NCBI GenBank assembly: GCA_002104905.1
Contig: MCFE01000017.1
Location: forward strand, 124,001-188,000
Reading direction: 5' to 3'
Length of the DNA: 64,000 nucleotides
Source: Basidiobolus meristosporus CBS 931.73
Taxonomy: Eukaryota; Fungi; Basidiobolomycota
Every line of letters begins with the position of its first letter. Within the stretch, counting starts at the first letter, position 1. The notes under the pieces are model-generated. The model did not search any database and was not told the origin of the DNA. It was given only the letters and a program-made list of their open reading frames with translations. Below are positions 40,553 through 51,775 of this stretch, piece after piece. A program made the translations under genes and the position numbers.

Positions 40553-43254
40553 TCAAGCCATTTCGAAGTAGCGCTTGGTCTCCCAATCAGTAATTGATTG
40601 CTCCCATAGTTTCCATTCCTGCAGCCTGGTGCTTCCGTAGTGATCCACGAATCCATCCCCAAGGACCTCTCTTGCAATGCTTCCATGCTCCAGCATCTTC
40701 TGGGTAGCTTCAAGCAGCGACTTTGGAAATTTCTCGGCTCTAGAATCGTTGACAATGACGCCCACGCTAGGGGGGATGGGGATGGCCTGTTTATTCTTTA
40801 TCCCCCACATACCGCAGCCGAGTAGAGCACCAAGTGCCAAATGCGGGTTCATATCAGCCCCTGAAATTCGCTAAAAACAAACATGACTAAGTGTCCGGAT
40901 GAAAAGTAGGCTCGACCGCAACTTACCACTTCCAAACGGGTGGATTCTGCGTCAGCTTGTGAACTGACAATCCTAACTGCGCTGTTTCTATTTTCAAATC
41001 CCCAGGATACTACTGCAGGGGTCCATGTGTTTTCACCAAGCCTTTTGTAGCTATAAAAGTGACCGAATGGTCAATGCGTTGCGACATGAGTATCCATACC
41101 GACTCGCACATACCTGTTCACATATGGGGCCAATATGGGCAAGATACTTGGCAGTCCGCGAAGTAGTCCAGCAACGAACCAATTCATCACCTGGCTCATA
41201 TCCTCCAAACCATCCCTCGGAGGCTCGCGCATCCCAACCTCATTGCGTCTGGAAAAGATATTTTTGGCTGATCGGATGTCCTTGAGAGATATATGCATTC
41301 GTGCTGAGCATCCAGGCATATTCTCCTTGGGTTTGGCCATGAATGAAGCCATTACTCCGTGGCGTATGCTTATCTGCTTTACAGCAACCTTGAAAAGCTG
41401 TGCTCGATCACCCATGGCTAATGCAGAGCCGTATTGCAGTGCGCCTTGGTAAAGACCTGGGCCTGAATTATACATCACAATATCAATTTAGTTGCAATCT
41501 TGGAGATCAAGTGTAAAGTGGTTGATGCATACCAATCTCGGTACAAAGGCTTTCCAAAGGACAATCAAAGTTTTGCAGCATCTGGAACAACTCGTTGAAG
41601 TAGACCTTCTTTTCATGCGATCCCTCCAGCGCTGTATTGAACAGGTCAGAAGTGAGGGGATCAGTCTTGAAATTCTTCTCTCGTAGTGTAAATGGTGTTT
41701 CTGTTCAACAATGAGAAAAATGACCGGTCCTGTAGAAGGGATTTCTCTACCGACCTTTGTAATTGTACCATTCATACTTGACGCCACATAACGGCTCGAA
41801 ACCCATCGAGTGATATTCGTGCACAACCTTGCCCAAGATCTGACGTGGACAAACGCTAACAGGCTGACCTTCCTTGGTGAAAAATCGAACGAGAAAAAAT
41901 GGGAGATTCTCCTCCCATGGAATCCGCCGAAAGGTGCCGATGTCTACTTTTGCGACAAGATAACTGTATCCTTTACGTTTTGAGGTTGGCTGAGTGTGTA
42001 GAAATAAGTGGGGAGTGGACAGAACGCAAACCTCCTATCTCGGGACCCAGCGAGGATGCTTCACGTTCGCTCCAGCCAAATATAGAGCCACTAAACCCTG
42101 CTCGGAAAAGTTAGGCTCAAGAAGTGATCGCGCGAGAAAACACTTATATCTCACCAAAGCCGTCGTAGAGCATAGACAGGAATTTTGTTTTCACCATGAT
42201 CTTTTCGCGTAAGACACCGTTGATATCAATTCCAGCGACCTTGACGCGTTCATCGCCCTTGAGGAGCTCGTTGACTCTTTGGACTTCCAACGGGTCATAA
42301 GAAACCGAAGACAGCAGTGGCTCAAACTAGCGGAACAAAAGCGGAACAGTTACAGCAAAATCCATTAGGCTAAACCAGCAATGCAGTTCAATCAAATCCA
42401 GTCACGAACCTCATCATATCTCGCAGGCTTCAGCCTTTTGGACATCGGGATTGGTGAAGAAACGGGTGGGTACTGGTGAGCATGAATAGATGGCGATACC
42501 GAATTAGGATGTTGATTAGGGTAATGGAATGCTGAGGGTTCAACTGGTAGCGGATCAGTTGACCCAGCCGCTTCATGATACGGTAGGTTTCGTGACATGT
42601 AGGATGAATGTAGATTCTGTAGCTTAACCTCACTATGCGAGGATTCACTTTTCCCTTGAGGCGTATGAGGAACTAAAAGTTTATGAGGAGTATGCGGTGA
42701 ATTTACAACGTGCGGTTCGTGCAAGGATGCTGAGTGATGCGTAATTTGCGATGCATGCGAACTTTCGGCCGCAGGAGAAGATTGCCCTCTACTCTCTTTT
42801 GCGGGACTCTCTGCACTTTCATCCTTCCCCTCTCTAAGCAACCTTGCTGAGTACCATTGCATATCGTCGTGAAACGGAAAAGGCGCGCCGTTGTAGCCGG
42901 GCTGAAGCGTTTCCTGGAAGGACGGGTTAATAAATGAGCCACGTTTCTCGGGTCGCTGAGTCTAGTCTGGTGGTTGTCCTGAAACACACGCATACCCTAT
43001 CCAAGCGCCTTATGGGAAGCTCGTACCTTAAATTTCTGCAGCAGGTTCTTCCACTTTATTTTGCACTCAAGCATAGTTCTATGGAAGCCAGCAACCTGCA
43101 GCCGCTCAGCCACTTTTTGCCACTGCTCATCGACTATTCGTTTTTTCGTGTAGAAGAAAAGGTCGTCAAGCTCTCTACGGATTTCAATCAATTTTTTGGT
43201 CTCAGGAGGCTTCCATATCCCGCGGCCAGCTTTTTCGCCGGTATTTAACAACAT
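40553..43254 (-). CDS. Trihelix (Myb/SANT-like) DNA-binding domain fused to a degenerate glutamine synthetase type I-like domain, 714 aa; exons 43254-43027, 42913-42410, 42326-42155, 42097-42032, 41970-41755, 41700-41533, 41462-41114, 41050-40927, 40870-40553
   Basis: Eight GT-AG introns of 54-113 nt give 2145 nt = 715 codons including the stop, with no internal stop. N-terminus WKPPETKKLIEIRRE...QWQKVAERL..GFHRTMLECKIKWKNLLQKFK|ETLQ...FPFHDDM. C-terminus KVAGIDINGVLREK, TFRRIPW, CPRQIL, ASFMAKP, SYKRL, SWGFENRNSAVR, RLEVRISGADMNPHLA, DWETKRYFEM. Confidence 0.85.
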
Positions 43255-43690
43255 TGGGGTGGAAAATACGCGGTTCTGCGCAGGAATTTCTTCACCTCTG
43301 CGTACTGAAGAATGACCAGGCGTAAATCACAATTGAAGAAAACTTCCCGAGTAATGGATTTAGGCCGCTTATAAAGCGGAGTGCCTTTGGATTGAAAGTA
43401 GGATTTCCTCAGTCTCGAATCGAATCCATCAACGATTTTTTTCCCTGCTCCAGTAGAGGTGCACACGGATAAGTTTTAATCAAATGCGTTACGCCAACCA
43501 TTCTGAGCATTTGCTTTTGGAAAATCTAGCTGAACAGAAACTTCCCGATTCCTTGACCCCGGCTGGATTAGGAAAATAAGTCACGAATGCACAGGCAGAT
43601 ACATAACCACAGATACAATCCAAATCAACCGAGGATTCAAGGACCACGATCAGCCAGGAAGGAATGCGCATCCATCACTCCAAGCAATCG

Positions 43691-43730
43691 CGAGGATAGG
43701 TGAAGATTGGTGAGGATTGGTGAGGATAGG
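43691..43730. repeat. Four tandem 10-bp units (tgaggattgg consensus) containing two CCAAT boxes on the minus strand, upstream of the trihelix-GS gene
   Basis: cgaggatagg tgaagattgg tgaggattgg tgaggatagg. Confidence 0.7.
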
Positions 43731-44197
43731 CAATAAACTTTTCCGCTGATTTCTGACATCCCGATCATAGCTGATATCGCGAAATCACTGGCATTGTGTG
43801 GCCCGATGTCATACCGGGATATTTACGCCTAAAACCTATGAATGGATCTCAATCACAGCTCAGATTGAAAATCAATGATGACGCATGCCAGGTGGCTGAA
43901 ATACGGTGTGGCTTAAATAAACTTACAACCATCGTTGCCCATCACCCATCATCCATCGCCCATCACCTATCGGCTATCTGTACCAAGATAGGAAGGGGGT
44001 CGTTTCTGGTTCACTAGCAAAGCCTAGAACGCGTTTAAATAATTAATTTAAGACATCTACCCAGTGCGTCAACACCGGGCTAGATGTGTCTACATGTCCC
44101 TTTCGCTTGAATCCTAGCTTTATTGGAATTCAATAGCGGTGGTAATCTATATACAGACTGATTTGTCACCCCTCTGAGTTTCGTCATCTCGTCTGGA

Positions 44198-45002
44198 TTA
44201 TTCCTTCAGTGCAAGATCGGGGTTCCGATCTAATATATCACACGTTTCCTCTCTAAACCTTGCTAAGCTGGCTCCGCTAAATGTTGCCGAAAGATCGGTA
44301 GATAAACAATCCTCCCACTGAAAGATCTCCTGAAATATGTTGGCTTTTGTTGGATCTTGATCCTTCGCGATACCGAGTGCCTCTTGCGTGCGCTCTAGTT
44401 TGTGTGTCTTTAGAAATCGGACAAAACTGTCCCTCAAGATGAAGTCCATTGAGCGGATGTTCTCGCAGTGTGTCTATTCGGTGAATTAGCGACTGTAGTA
44501 TGACTAGAGTGAGCTCAAGTAGCTTACAGGTTCAGCCTTGGCTGGAGGGGATGACTCCTTCTTTTTTGAAGCGCGAACGTCTTTCTTCTGAGCAGCAGTT
44601 TAGTAAAAGTTGTACTGTGTCTAGCATCATCGCACCACTACGTACGTGTTTTTTCGCTTTTTTCACTGGCTTCAGCAACTCTTCTATTTCTGAATCAAGC
44701 TAGGTTGAATTTTCGTATGAACAACACTGTGCACGCATGGATCACACAAACAGGCAAACCTCATTAGCGTAAGACACCGGCTGTCTTTTCTTACGCGTGC
44801 TGTACCGACTCTCTTCTTGTTGTAGCATCTTTGAGAAATTGAAGTTGGTCAATAAGCATTCACTGACTACGAACGCACCATTCCTTCATTTTACCTGGGC
44901 TAATTCGGTATCTTTATCCACGTCTGGGCTGCCCGATGAAGAATCTTTCAACGGTTTGGCTTTACTGTTAACTATTTCCTCGAACCCAGAGGCTTCTCTC
45001 AT
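44198..45002 (-). CDS. Hypothetical basic nuclear protein with a LisH-like C-terminal segment (5 exons)
   Basis: Manual splicing gives MREASGFEE...DTELAQ|MLQQEESRYSTRKKRQPVSYANE|LDSEIEELLKPVKKAKKH|KKDVRAS...AEP|THCENIRSMDFILRDSFVRFLKTHKLERTQEAL...; canonical GT-AG introns, all phase 0. Confidence 0.65.
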
Positions 45003-45460
45003 ACTTAAAAATGAAGCAAGTTATGAAGGAGCTAATCAGCTGGTGGTATGATTTATTGCTAGATCAATCATGGAATTCAGTAGCAACAGATGAGTAACCA
45101 TATATCATATGGCATATGATGGGATGCATTAAATTTCCACAAACCATGGATTGGCCAAACAGCACATCAATCAATTCGGGCCGAAATCAAAACAAAGTAG
45201 TCATCAAGCGCCGAAGCACATATCATTTAATATACCCAGGATTTCTCTGATGATCAAGCGGAGAAAAACGATACAGTGAACTTTGCAAGTGTATTGAGTG
45301 TTGAGGGGAGTTTAAAGCAGAAAGAATAGGGTGGTACTAAAATAACAAAGGCTCATGCCAAGAGCGCATATATATCAGTAAAGGCTAAAATGTTGATTGA
45401 TTACAACACCAGACACCCCTTCTTCTTCTTAGTCTTTGTAAGTAAAGCGGCACGAGTAGC

Positions 45461-46080
45461 ATGTTCGAACACCTCTCTAACTCCATCTCCGCCCTTGGCG
45501 GAGCACTCAAGGTACTTGTAAGCGCCAATCTTTTGAGCAACGTTCATTCCCTGAAACCATAGAATATTAGAATGATTTGATCCGACCCAGATCGATACTA
45601 CTGAACATACATCTTGAGAAGAGACGGGCGATTGGTTATTCTTTCTAAGATTCTCAATGGTACGTGGATCATTACGTAGATCCTTCTTACAACCAACAAG
45701 GATTATGGGCAGTCCCGCGCAGAAATGAAGGACCTCTGAAATCCACTATACGCAACATCAATATCTAATTACAAGCCATGTTGAGAGTGCATTCGCCCTT
45801 ACTTTTTCCTGCACGTTATCCAACGAGTCGGGGGAATCTACGGAGAAGCAGATCAAAATAACATGGGAGTCAGGGTAGGAGAGTGGTCGAAGACGGTCGT
45901 AATCCTCTTGGCCTGTATTACCAAGCATCAATTAATGTCTGTTCAGCGCATGTCCTCCAGAAGCCCGAAACAAGCCAACTTACCAGCTGTATCCCACAAG
46001 GCCAACTCTACGTGTTTTCCGTCTACTTCAACATCAGCTACGTAATTCTCAAAAACAGTGGGAACATACACCTGTGTAGG
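45461..46080 (+). pseudogene. Probable disrupted gene of unidentified family
   Basis: ATG exon ([17 protein letters not shown]) with a GT donor, then protein-like segments separated by GT-AG candidates but broken by frameshifts and TGA stops. Family not recognised. Confidence 0.3.
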
Positions 46081-47081
46081 TAAGAATAATCAGGAACAAA
46101 GTCTGGGTTGCTCATCGATACACCAAACCCCTTACCTCAGGGAAAGTTCCCTTGGAAAAGACAATTAGTAAGGAAGTCTTTCCACAGGCACCGTCACCAA
46201 CAATAACAAGTTTGCGACGAATCTCTGACATAATTAAGTTTCTAGAGTAAATAAAAAGGGTGGTGGAGGCTTAGTGCTAAGGGAAAGGCGTTTCGGTTAA
46301 CGTAAACGGGTGTAATACAAGAAACAAAGGGGGAAATACAAAGGCCCTTAGCGTAATAAAGAGGATGATAATGGAGGTCGAGTTGTGAGTGGAAGGTATT
46401 AAGGCAGACTAAAAAGTACAATAATGAGGAGCGTGTCTTGAGGTAAAGTAAGAATAATTCAGGTACGATGAAGAGCACGCAGGGAATAGGTGTAAAAAAG
46501 GTAGACAGGTGGGGGTTGAATACTTAGAAAGAGGGTAGCCTTTGTGAAGGGGTCGTTGTATTGTGCCAGGCTTATGGAAATTAATGACAGTTGTTGATTG
46601 GCCAACCGATGGGGGATGTTGTGTAGTTTATGGTAATAATCAAGTCTTATAGTACTACAAATAATACAGTTTAATTATGCTATAATAGGTAGATAGAACT
46701 TCTTTGAATGGTATGAATATTAATGAATTTCTAGATTTCTACATTTCCGTAATAATGGCTAAAGGCTCAATGAGGCTTGAGGCTAGAGGTTATTTTTACG
46801 ATCATCACATTGTCTCAGTATCTGGAAATGTTGAGTTAATTTAATCAAGTAGCTAACCAACTAGATTTGCTGACTCAACAATGGTGCTGAAATTTTTATT
46901 TCCGGTTTAATCTTGAAATTTGTTCATTACTCACCGCTTAGTTGTAGCAGGGCAGACTTTCTTCCTTTCTTCCGTGTCCATAATCTATATTTTAGACTCT
47001 CTTCCTCGACCTTCAAGCACTCCCTAGTTACTTCGACTCAGGCCTATTGCTGGTTCAATTTTTCTGCTTCTTTCAAGTGTC

Positions 47082-47863
47082 ATGGTCAAGATTTATCAGA
47101 ATACCTTTTCATATGAGTAAGTAGGTTTCCACCTCGGTTGGTTTGCTTAGTTAACTAATTTGCTTCAATTCTTTTGAAGGCATCCTTGGGATAATGTGTC
47201 TTTAGCTTTCTGGCTACGGTACCCAAATCCTTTTGCTTCTCATGTGTTGGGGGCGGATGTACTCGACAGGCATGTGGATTCCGAGGGCTGCTTACATACT
47301 ACTCGTATACTTTTGAAGAAAGGTGTTCTCCCAAGGTGGGGCTCAAAGGTAATTCATCCAAGACAGTTTATCCTTACCCTACAGAGTTAACCTTTCTTCC
47401 ACTCAGATTATGAAAAACAATGAGGCATTCATTATCGAAGAGTCGGTGATTAATCCACATACCAATACCATGACGACTTGCACGAAAAACCTCAACCACA
47501 CCCGAATCATGCAAGTCGAAGAGACTCAGACCTTCAAACCTCATCCCGACCATGCTCAGTGGTAGGTTAATTTTGCTATTGTTCAATAATAACCTTTACT
47601 TACCGCGTCTCATACGATAGGACCAAAGTCACTACCGAGGCACGCATTATCTCTAACCTTGGTTGGGGCTTGACCGGCAAGCTTGAAGGATTTGGAGTCA
47701 AGAAATTTGCTGATAACACTGTTAAGGTAAGCTTCGAGTAAAAATGAGTAAACATTGAGCGTGTCTAATCTAAATGTTTATATAACAGAGTCGTAAGGGG
47801 ATGTCGTATGTGCTGGAGATGATCCGTGAAAAGCAGTTGTTGCGTGGACGAATGTTCATGTGA
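47082..47863 (+). CDS. UPS1: PRELI/MSF1 family mitochondrial lipid-transfer protein (multi-exon)
   Basis: MVKIYQNTFSY, HPWDNVSLAFWLRYPNPFASHVLGADVLDR, IIEESVINP, KNLNHTRIMQVEE, LEGFGVKKF. Confidence 0.9.
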
Positions 47864-48197
47864 AGTACCACAGGTCCTATCGTCACTTGATAGAGAAACC
47901 AACACCTTTGCATCTACTCCCGTTCACTTATACATTCTCAATCACGCATTCTAAGCCACTAATTTTCAGTTCATATGTATACGGTACACACAGATTACCC
48001 GAGTTTCCCCACGAACATTAAGTTTTGTTATCCATTAAAAGCATTTCACCAAAAGCATTTCATTACCAACTTCGTGGCGAGTTTATTGGCCCTCATCCGA
48101 TTAGGCGTCTACCATCTAATCTGCATAGTGGGCTGTAATGTGAATTGTATATATTACAGCGGAAACACAGGGAAGGTTAACCGAAATGCGTAGAATG

Positions 48198-49799
48198 TTA
48201 TGATGATGAGGTGTCTTCGAAGAAAATCACCGTCACAGTAATGTCATCCCTTAGGTTGCGGGAGTATGGCGCTTCTGCTGATAGCATTTTGCTTAGCTCC
48301 TTTCTTGAGCTTCCGCCAAGTGCGTTGCGAATCAAGTGGGTGGCAGCATTGTCATCTACATAAGCCCATCTATCTGTATTAGGGTTGTTGGGAAGAGAGT
48401 CGGATTTTTGCTGCAGATATGTTCCAACCAGGGAAACGATCTCGTCATTGCTAAGCAAGTCAAACAAACCATCACTGGCAATCACCATAAACCTATCTTG
48501 TGACGTGAGCTGATGATGCAATACTTCCGGCGTTGCGGTGACATATGGCGGAGTACGATAATGTGCCGGTGGCATGCGCATCCGCGGAAAAAAGTGATCT
48601 TTCACCGCTAGTTGAGTACGAGCGCTCCATTTGTAACGCGAGTCACCTAAAGAATAATAACGCTAGTTAGTGTCTCCGCACCCATATCTATGCATACTAG
48701 AACACAAGCGAAACATACCAAATGCTCGGGTGGGGGCTACAAAGCGGAAGATGGTGAGTTAGTTACCGGATGAGTGAGCCAATGGGTTAATGGAAAAGCT
48801 ACCTAGTGAACCAAGGACTCGCCCCTTAGATATTATGGTGGATTCTTCTCCTGGGTGCTCAGCATAGAGTCTCTCTCTTTCCTTTTTGTTGGTGGTGTTT
48901 TGGTCGTTACTCATTTTAATCGGACTCCAATTGTGATTGCTGTCCAGGGACCCAATTACAGCGCGCGAATCACCAGTATTTGCGACGTAAATCCTCATGG
49001 CTTTGATGTCCACATACCCAACAATTGCGCAGCTGCCTGAGACAGCTGCGGGTAGACTGGCATGGATGGCCTTCTCCGTGTTGACTATCACTTCACCCAA
49101 TGAGCCCCAAACAATCTCCTGATCAAGGCTTTCGAAGGACTTGATCATGCTCTGGGTTACTAGTTCGGTAATGTCTTGGTCTACATCTGCTGCGACTTTC
49201 TCTATGTCGTGACGTACTTGCTGAACCAATCTACTGGCCAATTTTTGGGAGCAGTGCTTGCCGGCATGACCATCAAATATTCCAAAATACCACGCATCTG
49301 AAGAATCATTCGATAGCTCGGTATGATGATCCTCGATTGGTGAATTGGAGGGCAATTGACTCGTATCAAACCTAGGCATTTTTCTTGCTTCAGTTAGGTG
49401 GGTGGCCTCATATTTCCTCAACATCTGATTAACAACCGCGGTAGGCATTAGCCCTTCCTCTTCCAAGGGTTCCTCCTCTTCCCCCGCCTCCGATTCCGAA
49501 ACAGCAGGCTGTTCAAAAAGAGGTCGATATTTCCACTCGAGTTCCTTGAACAAGCGATCCTTTTGGTAGGTTAATAAGAGTGTATGATCTACGTTAACCT
49601 CTGAGCATTCGCCAAGCCTTAGATTTGGCATGCGACCTTGTGGATTTGTGAATGTAGAAGATGCAGGGGGAGTTTGAAGTTGGGTCGAAAGCGTTGGTAA
49701 TGAACGGCTACCAACACCTCGTATCAGGGGCCGTTTATGAATGTGGAATGAGCCAGGCGACTTTCTGAATGCTCTATTGTTGCGTAAAGTCAAAGCCAT
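48198..49799 (-). CDS. PTC5: Mitochondrial PP2C, pyruvate dehydrogenase phosphatase-like; exons 49799-48803, 48736-48719, 48646-48198
   Basis: SNSPIEDH, FGIFDGHAG, VANTGDSRAVIG, RVLGSL|APTRAF|GDSRYKW, PPYVTATPEV, IASDGLFD, RDDITVTVIFF; presequence-like N-terminus. Confidence 0.92.
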
Positions 49800-50148
49800 T
49801 CTCGAGCCAATGTAAAGGAGAAAATACCGAGAGTGCTTTATGGAGTACCCGACTTAATTTTATGTTTAGTAGGATTATGTTGAGGATGAAAGGAATGAGC
49901 CAAGGTGATTAGTGAAAAGAGCTTTAATGACGGAGTCGCAGTGAATGTTAGCTGCAAGGACTGGTTTTACCCTCAAATATGACACCCGTTCCTGCTGAAT
50001 AGGGAAATCAATAAAAACATTTTGTGCAACTATCAGTAGAGGCACGATTCTCGTGAACCCACAGCAATCTTGTGATCGACAAATTAAGCAGTTACATGGT
50101 ATATATACACAATAGTATTCCCATTGAAATATATACACCAGGAAGCTT

Positions 50149-51465
50149 CTAATTTTTGCGGGAATTCGTAGAAAATAGGGAGCCAACCTTGGATAAAAGG
50201 CTTCTACCAATCCTCTTCTGAGGCTCTACATAGAGCTGACAGGAGAAACTTTAGTTACGTCGTATCATTGATAGTTATTTTTGCATCTGACATTACCTCC
50301 ATGTTGACTGCCGCGCTAGGACACAGTCCCAGGGCACGTATACTTTTCGACATATCTCTACGGGAAAACACGCGATGAGGAAATTGCTGGACGAGAATGA
50401 ATGGAACATCGCTATCGGTGCGGTTCTACCAGAAGCGTTATTGCATGTTGAATAACAGGCTGATTTGACTCCATGGTTACCTTCTTAATGTACGATGTGA
50501 TTTCGCCTAACGTTTCGTTTGGGTCCAACTGTAAATCCAACAAGGAGCCGTCTAATAATCTAACAGTCAACTCACATTTACCCGGAAATCTGCTTACAAT
50601 TACTACGTATATAGAGGTTATTTAACAAGTAAATATTCTCCTACTCCAATGAGGTCTTCTCCAAAGCCTTCGGCTGTTCATATGATATGAATTGTTTGTC
50701 CTATCAAAGTGGCCCTTAGATTGCAGAGTTCGTCTAAATAGAATCTTCATACCTGATCTTGATTTGGGATATCAAATCCTATCCTTGTCTTTACGGGTGT
50801 GGGGTTTGCCGTATTTGTCAGGTTCCCTTCTAATGAGTGGGATTGTGGAAGGGACGGAAATAGACCCGCATTCAACTCAGGCAACGGTGAGCCATCCATA
50901 ATGCTATACATATCTGTAATGTTTTTTATTCGGCAATGGAGTGTTTCTTCATTCACGGCCCCAGCAATACTGTATAGTACACGTCCCGAACTGGAGGTTT
51001 GTTAATATAAGATGTCATACTGCCTGGGATTACCTATATACCTGACAACCAGCACATAAGGAAGTTGATTGATGGGAGCTTTTGAGCGTTAATAATGAGC
51101 CTCAATTTGTATCTCCATAGCACTGCTGACTTACATAACTGGCCTAACCACAGCGCCTCTGCACTTGAGGCAGGGACCTTGACAGATATCAAATTCTCGT
51201 TTACAGCATCATAAAGCTACAACAAGGTTTAGGGATTTCAGATCATGAAGGCGAGATAACATAAGAGTACGGCACCGACTCGGAGTCCAGACGCTGACTC
51301 ATGACCACGCTTTCTTCACTCTCATCTGCCAGGAATCAATTAGCAAGTTATACCGAAAAAACAAGGTATCTCCTTACCATATATAAACGCAAGCAACGGT
51401 TTATTCGTGCTTTCTGCTTCAAGTAACGCCTGTTTGCAAGTCCCACTAAACCAGTGTGTCTTCAT
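50149..51465 (-). CDS. UBX-domain protein with an N-terminal thioredoxin-like domain (UBXN4/Ubx7-like), multi-exon
   Basis: MKTHWFSGTCKQALLEAE, SAEALWLGQL|SPINQLPYVLVV, AGAVNEETLHCRI; UBX VRLLDGSLL...ETLGEITSYI, QFPHRVFS...ALGLCPSA. 3' end uncertain. Confidence 0.75.
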
Positions 51466-51775
51466 TTTCTAGAATTCGACGGACCAATTTTAAGAATTTA
51501 TATCACTACCCAGAATAGAGTAATGGGTTCAATGTTATAATATATATATATATCGTCGACCCTCGATTCTTGTATTTTTTGTGACTGAATGACACACATC
51601 ACCACATTTGGAAGGGCGAGAAATGGTGAGGTAATTGCCATTTAGATGAAGTGCTTAAGCCTGAATTATCAATACATTTACACGAGATATCATACTGCCT
51701 AGCATTATTTAAGCAAAAAAATTCCTGCCAAATATCTGGCCATATTAGATAAAGATTCCCACCACATTGGCATTC

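Noticed and set aside
42703-42993. Alternative exon 2 starting at the nearer acceptor (tttcag|GACAAC)
   Set aside because: That frame stops at 42703 and misses the FPFHDDM trihelix tail; the 42914 acceptor restores both frame and motif.
43245-43466. ORF overlapping the trihelix-GS start, considered as a regulatory uORF
   Set aside because: It begins at GTG, not ATG, and has no recognisable features.
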